Source: Longimicrobiales bacterium
GTDB taxonomy: Bacteria; Gemmatimonadota; Gemmatimonadetes; Longimicrobiales; Gaopeijiaceae
DNA length: 64,000 bases
Reading direction: 5' to 3'
Assembly (NCBI GenBank): GCA_965198065.1
Contig: CBDAON010000004.1
Coordinates: 1,056,001 to 1,120,000 of the forward strand
The notes under the pieces were generated by a model that was not told the origin of the DNA, ran no database searches, and was given only the letters and a program-made list of their open reading frames with translations. Every line of letters begins with the position of its first letter. Position 1 is the first letter of the stretch. Below, one piece after another: positions 61,598 to 64,000 of this stretch. The position numbers and the translations under genes were made by a program.

Positions 61598-62827
61598 TCA
61601 GTACCTCGGAATGGTGGGATCCACCTCACTCTGCCAGGCGCGGATACCGCCCTTCAGGTTCCAGACCTTGCGGAAGCCCGCGTCCTGGAGCCTCTTCAGC
61701 GCCTCCGCGCTCCTGGACCCCGCCTGGCAGTGGAGGACGATTTCCTCCGCGGAATCCAGCTCGGGCATCCGCTCGAGCAGGTTGTCCAGGGGGATCAGCT
61801 CGGCTCCGTACGCCCCTAGGTTCACGATTTCCCACTCGTGCGGCTCACGCACGTCCACGATCCGGAGACGGTCGCCCCGCTCGAGTCGGGCGTGGAGCTC
61901 CTTCGCGGTGACCGTGGGAACGTCCGACTGATCCTCCGCGGCTCCCTCCTCGTAGCCCGGGACACCGCAGAACTCGAGGTAGTCGATGAGCTCGGTGACG
62001 GTCGGGTTCTCGCCGCACACCGGGCACTCTGGGTTCTTGCGGAGCTTCAACGTCCGCCACTCCAGAGTGAGCGCGTCGAAGAGGAGGAGCCGCCCAATCA
62101 GGGGCTCCCCGCGGCCGATGATGAGCTTGATCGTCTCGAGCGCCTGCATGGCTCCGATGATGCCGGGGAGCACGCCGAGCACCCCGCCCTCGGCGCAGCT
62201 CGGCACCATCCCGGGGGGCGGCGGCTCTCGAAAAAGGCACCGGTAGCACGGGCCGTGGCGGGCGTCGAAGACGGACACCTGGCCCTCGAAGCGGAAGATG
62301 GAGCCGTACACGTTCGGCTTGCCCAGGAGAACGCACGCGTCGTTCGTGAGGTAACGCGTCGGGAAGTTGTCCGTCCCGTCCACGACCACGTCGTACGGGC
62401 GGATCACGTCCAGCGCGTTCTCGCTCGTCAGGCGGATTTCGTGAGGCACGACCTCGACGTGCGGGTTCACGTCCTTCAGGCGCTCGGCGGCGGACTCGAT
62501 CTTCGGGCGCCCGACGTCTTTCGTGCCATGGAGGAGCTGTCGCTGGAGGTTCGTCCGGTCCACGACATCGAAGTCCACGATGCCGACCCTTCCGATCCCG
62601 GCCGCCGCCAGGTACAGCCCTAAAGGGGACCCCAGCCCCCCGGCTCCGATCATGAGGACGCTCGCGTTCTTCAACCGGCGCTGCCCGGCCATCCCGACCT
62701 CAGGCATGATGAGGTGCCGGGAGTATCGCTCGATCTCCTCGTTCGACAGGTGGGGAAGCTCCCCCGCAGGAACGGTCCAAGGGGGGAAGCCCACTGGGCC
62801 GGTCGAGTTGCCGCTGGGCTTGCTCAT
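61598..62827 (-). CDS. moeB: MoeB/MoeZ adenylyltransferase with C-terminal rhodanese domain
   Basis: RYSRHL, GAGGLG, NLQRQ, DGTDNF, two CxxC, PSCAEGGV, rhodanese loop HCQAGSRS. Confidence 0.93.
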   Translation of the reverse strand: MSKPSGNSTGPVGFPPWTVPAGELPHLSNEEIERYSRHLIMPEVGMAGQRRLKNASVLMIGAGGLGSPLGLYLAAAGIGRVGIVDFDVVDRTNLQRQLLHGTKDVGRPKIESAAERLKDVNPHVEVVPHEIRLTSENALDVIRPYDVVVDGTDNFPTRYLTNDACVLLGKPNVYGSIFRFEGQVSVFDARHGPCYRCLFREPPPPGMVPSCAEGGVLGVLPGIIGAMQALETIKLIIGRGEPLIGRLLLFDALTLEWRTLKLRKNPECPVCGENPTVTELIDYLEFCGVPGYEEGAAEDQSDVPTVTAKELHARLERGDRLRIVDVREPHEWEIVNLGAYGAELIPLDNLLERMPELDSAEEIVLHCQAGSRSAEALKRLQDAGFRKVWNLKGGIRAWQSEVDPTIPRY

Positions 62828-62904
62828 TCGGATAGAGGTTCCCTCTCGGCCGGGCCGAGCGTCATCGTCCCGGGTCGCGTTCTCGGTCGGCCGGGCGGGT
62901 GCCG

Positions 62905-63543
62905 TCAGGCCGCCAGATGCTGGTGGATGTCGCGCGCGGCCTCGATCCGGACCTCGAGGGCAAGCCGGTCTCGGGGGTCGTTCGCGACCCGGGAGACCTG
63001 GACAGGGAGCCCTCCATAGACTGCGGTCACGGCCTCGCGGGCCACGTCCCTCAGGGCCTCGAATCCCGCGTCCGTGTTGGGCGCCCGGAGCCGGTCGTTC
63101 GACTCGATCCGCAGCAGGGAGGCGTCGAAGTCGAGCTTCCCCTGCACGCGCGGGTCGGTCTCAAGAAGCGCCGCCACGCGGAGCGCTTGCTTCAGGGTCG
63201 AGGCGATCGCTTCCGTTGCGTCACCCTCGAGCGGCACCCGTCGCTGGGCGAGGAGGCCGGACCGCCCGTCCGCGCAATCCAGGGCAAAGCTCACCTCCTG
63301 GGAGATCAGCATGATCCCCGGGCTGTCGGGCGCGTGCGCGTAGTCGGCCACATCCAGGAGGACCAGGTCCAGCGCCCCGTCCCGGATCCACTCGTGGAAG
63401 ATCGGGACGAACACCTCCACGTCGTCCTCAATCTCGGGGGGAGCGGACGTGTAGAGCTTCACGCAGATGCGATAGAGGCCCTCCAGGCCGGCCGATCCCA
63501 CGCTGCCCGCGGTCGCGCCCGCTCCGCCGCCGCCTCCGCTCAC
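62905..63543 (-). CDS. Hypothetical protein translationally coupled to the upstream reductase
   Basis: FVPIFHEWI...DVADYAH...PGIMLI...NDRLRAPN; GTG 63543 overlaps the upstream stop. Confidence 0.75.
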   Translation of the reverse strand: MSGGGGGAGATAGSVGSAGLEGLYRICVKLYTSAPPEIEDDVEVFVPIFHEWIRDGALDLVLLDVADYAHAPDSPGIMLISQEVSFALDCADGRSGLLAQRRVPLEGDATEAIASTLKQALRVAALLETDPRVQGKLDFDASLLRIESNDRLRAPNTDAGFEALRDVAREAVTAVYGGLPVQVSRVANDPRDRLALEVRIEAARDIHQHLAA

Positions 63544-64000
63544 AACGGAAACCCCACGCCCAATCCGTTTCCGCCCGTCCCCGCGGCCTGCGCCTCGAGG
63601 AGGCGGCTGTAACACCCGTGCGCCGCCTCGACGAAGAGCTGCGCTTCCTCAACCCGGCGATGGGCTTCGTCCCCGTCCCGGACCCGGCCCCCGGCCTCGT
63701 GCACGCTCTGGAGGTACCCCCACTCCTTCGCGCCCACGAAACGCTCGAAGAACAGCTCCGTATCGATGAACTTCATCTTGAACTCGGGGAACACGAGCGC
63801 AGGATCGCCCTTCTGATCCGGGTTCTCGGCCTTGAGGAGACCCTGGGCCGCGAGGATCATCGCCTGGTAGGCGAGCTGACCGGCTTCGTCGAAGCGCGCC
63901 GGTCCCGCTCTTTCGTCGTCCAGGAGCACCGACGCGTCGAACGCCTTGGACTCCGCGTTCGCAAGGCTGAATTGGGTGAGCGTCACGACCTCCCCAGCGC
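63540..64000 (-). CDS. 3' end of a probable nitrite/sulfite reductase with HEPN-like C-terminal domain (partial)
   Basis: The frame is open to the window edge and reads (C)AGEVVTLTQFSLANAE...AYQAMILAAQGLL...EEAQLFVEAAH, resembling the tail I recall from ferredoxin-sulfite reductases; next to moeB. Catalytic domains lie outside the window. Confidence 0.6.
   Translation of the reverse strand, partial: AGEVVTLTQFSLANAESKAFDASVLLDDERAGPARFDEAGQLAYQAMILAAQGLLKAENPDQKGDPALVFPEFKMKFIDTELFFERFVGAKEWGYLQSVHEAGGRVRDGDEAHRRVEEAQLFVEAAHGCYSRLLEAQAAGTGGNGLGVGFPL

Overview
High-GC (roughly 70% by eye) bacterial chromosomal segment, mostly housekeeping genes. Gene order and protein style suggest Gemmatimonadota, but this is inference only. 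Left to right: F1Fo ATP synthase operon (atpZ/I-B-E-F-H-A-G, running off the left edge); moxR, a CBS/CNNM protein, a gamma-CA-like protein and a small Cys-rich zinc finger; trmH-like and pilD (pilD has an in-frame TAG); thiD; purine nucleoside phosphorylase; a proteostasis block (dnaK with a sigma-54-type promoter, degP, tRNA-Leu, tig-clpP-clpX-lon-engB); a long minus-strand run (aroC-aroK-topA-trmFO-xerC-hslV-hslU-argF-gcvT-mog-sigma54 activator-DUF4159); a type IV pilus regulatory/accessory locus at 37.5-46.9 kb; then LysM peptidase, sodA, desaturase, infA, psd, copZ, M28 peptidase, addAB-like genes, a holin-like protein, an MFS transporter, moeB-rhodanese and the 3' end of a probable sulfite reductase. 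The most unusual part is 37.5-46.9 kb. It holds two tandem pilins about 81% identical that share a 17-bp upstream motif but differ in promoter, start codon and C-terminal residue; a pilS/pilR-coupled glycosyltransferase plus membrane SAM-enzyme cassette; a frameshifted HisKA-only gene; and a frameshifted gene fusing a PqqD/RRE domain, a twin-arginine-like leader and a Cys-containing peptide (RiPP-precursor-like), joined to an orphan C-terminal gene fragment at an apparent deletion junction. Gene-disrupting lesions cluster in pilus-associated and accessory genes. No CRISPR array, rRNA, transposase or prophage was seen. All calls come from reading motifs by eye; no database searches were run.
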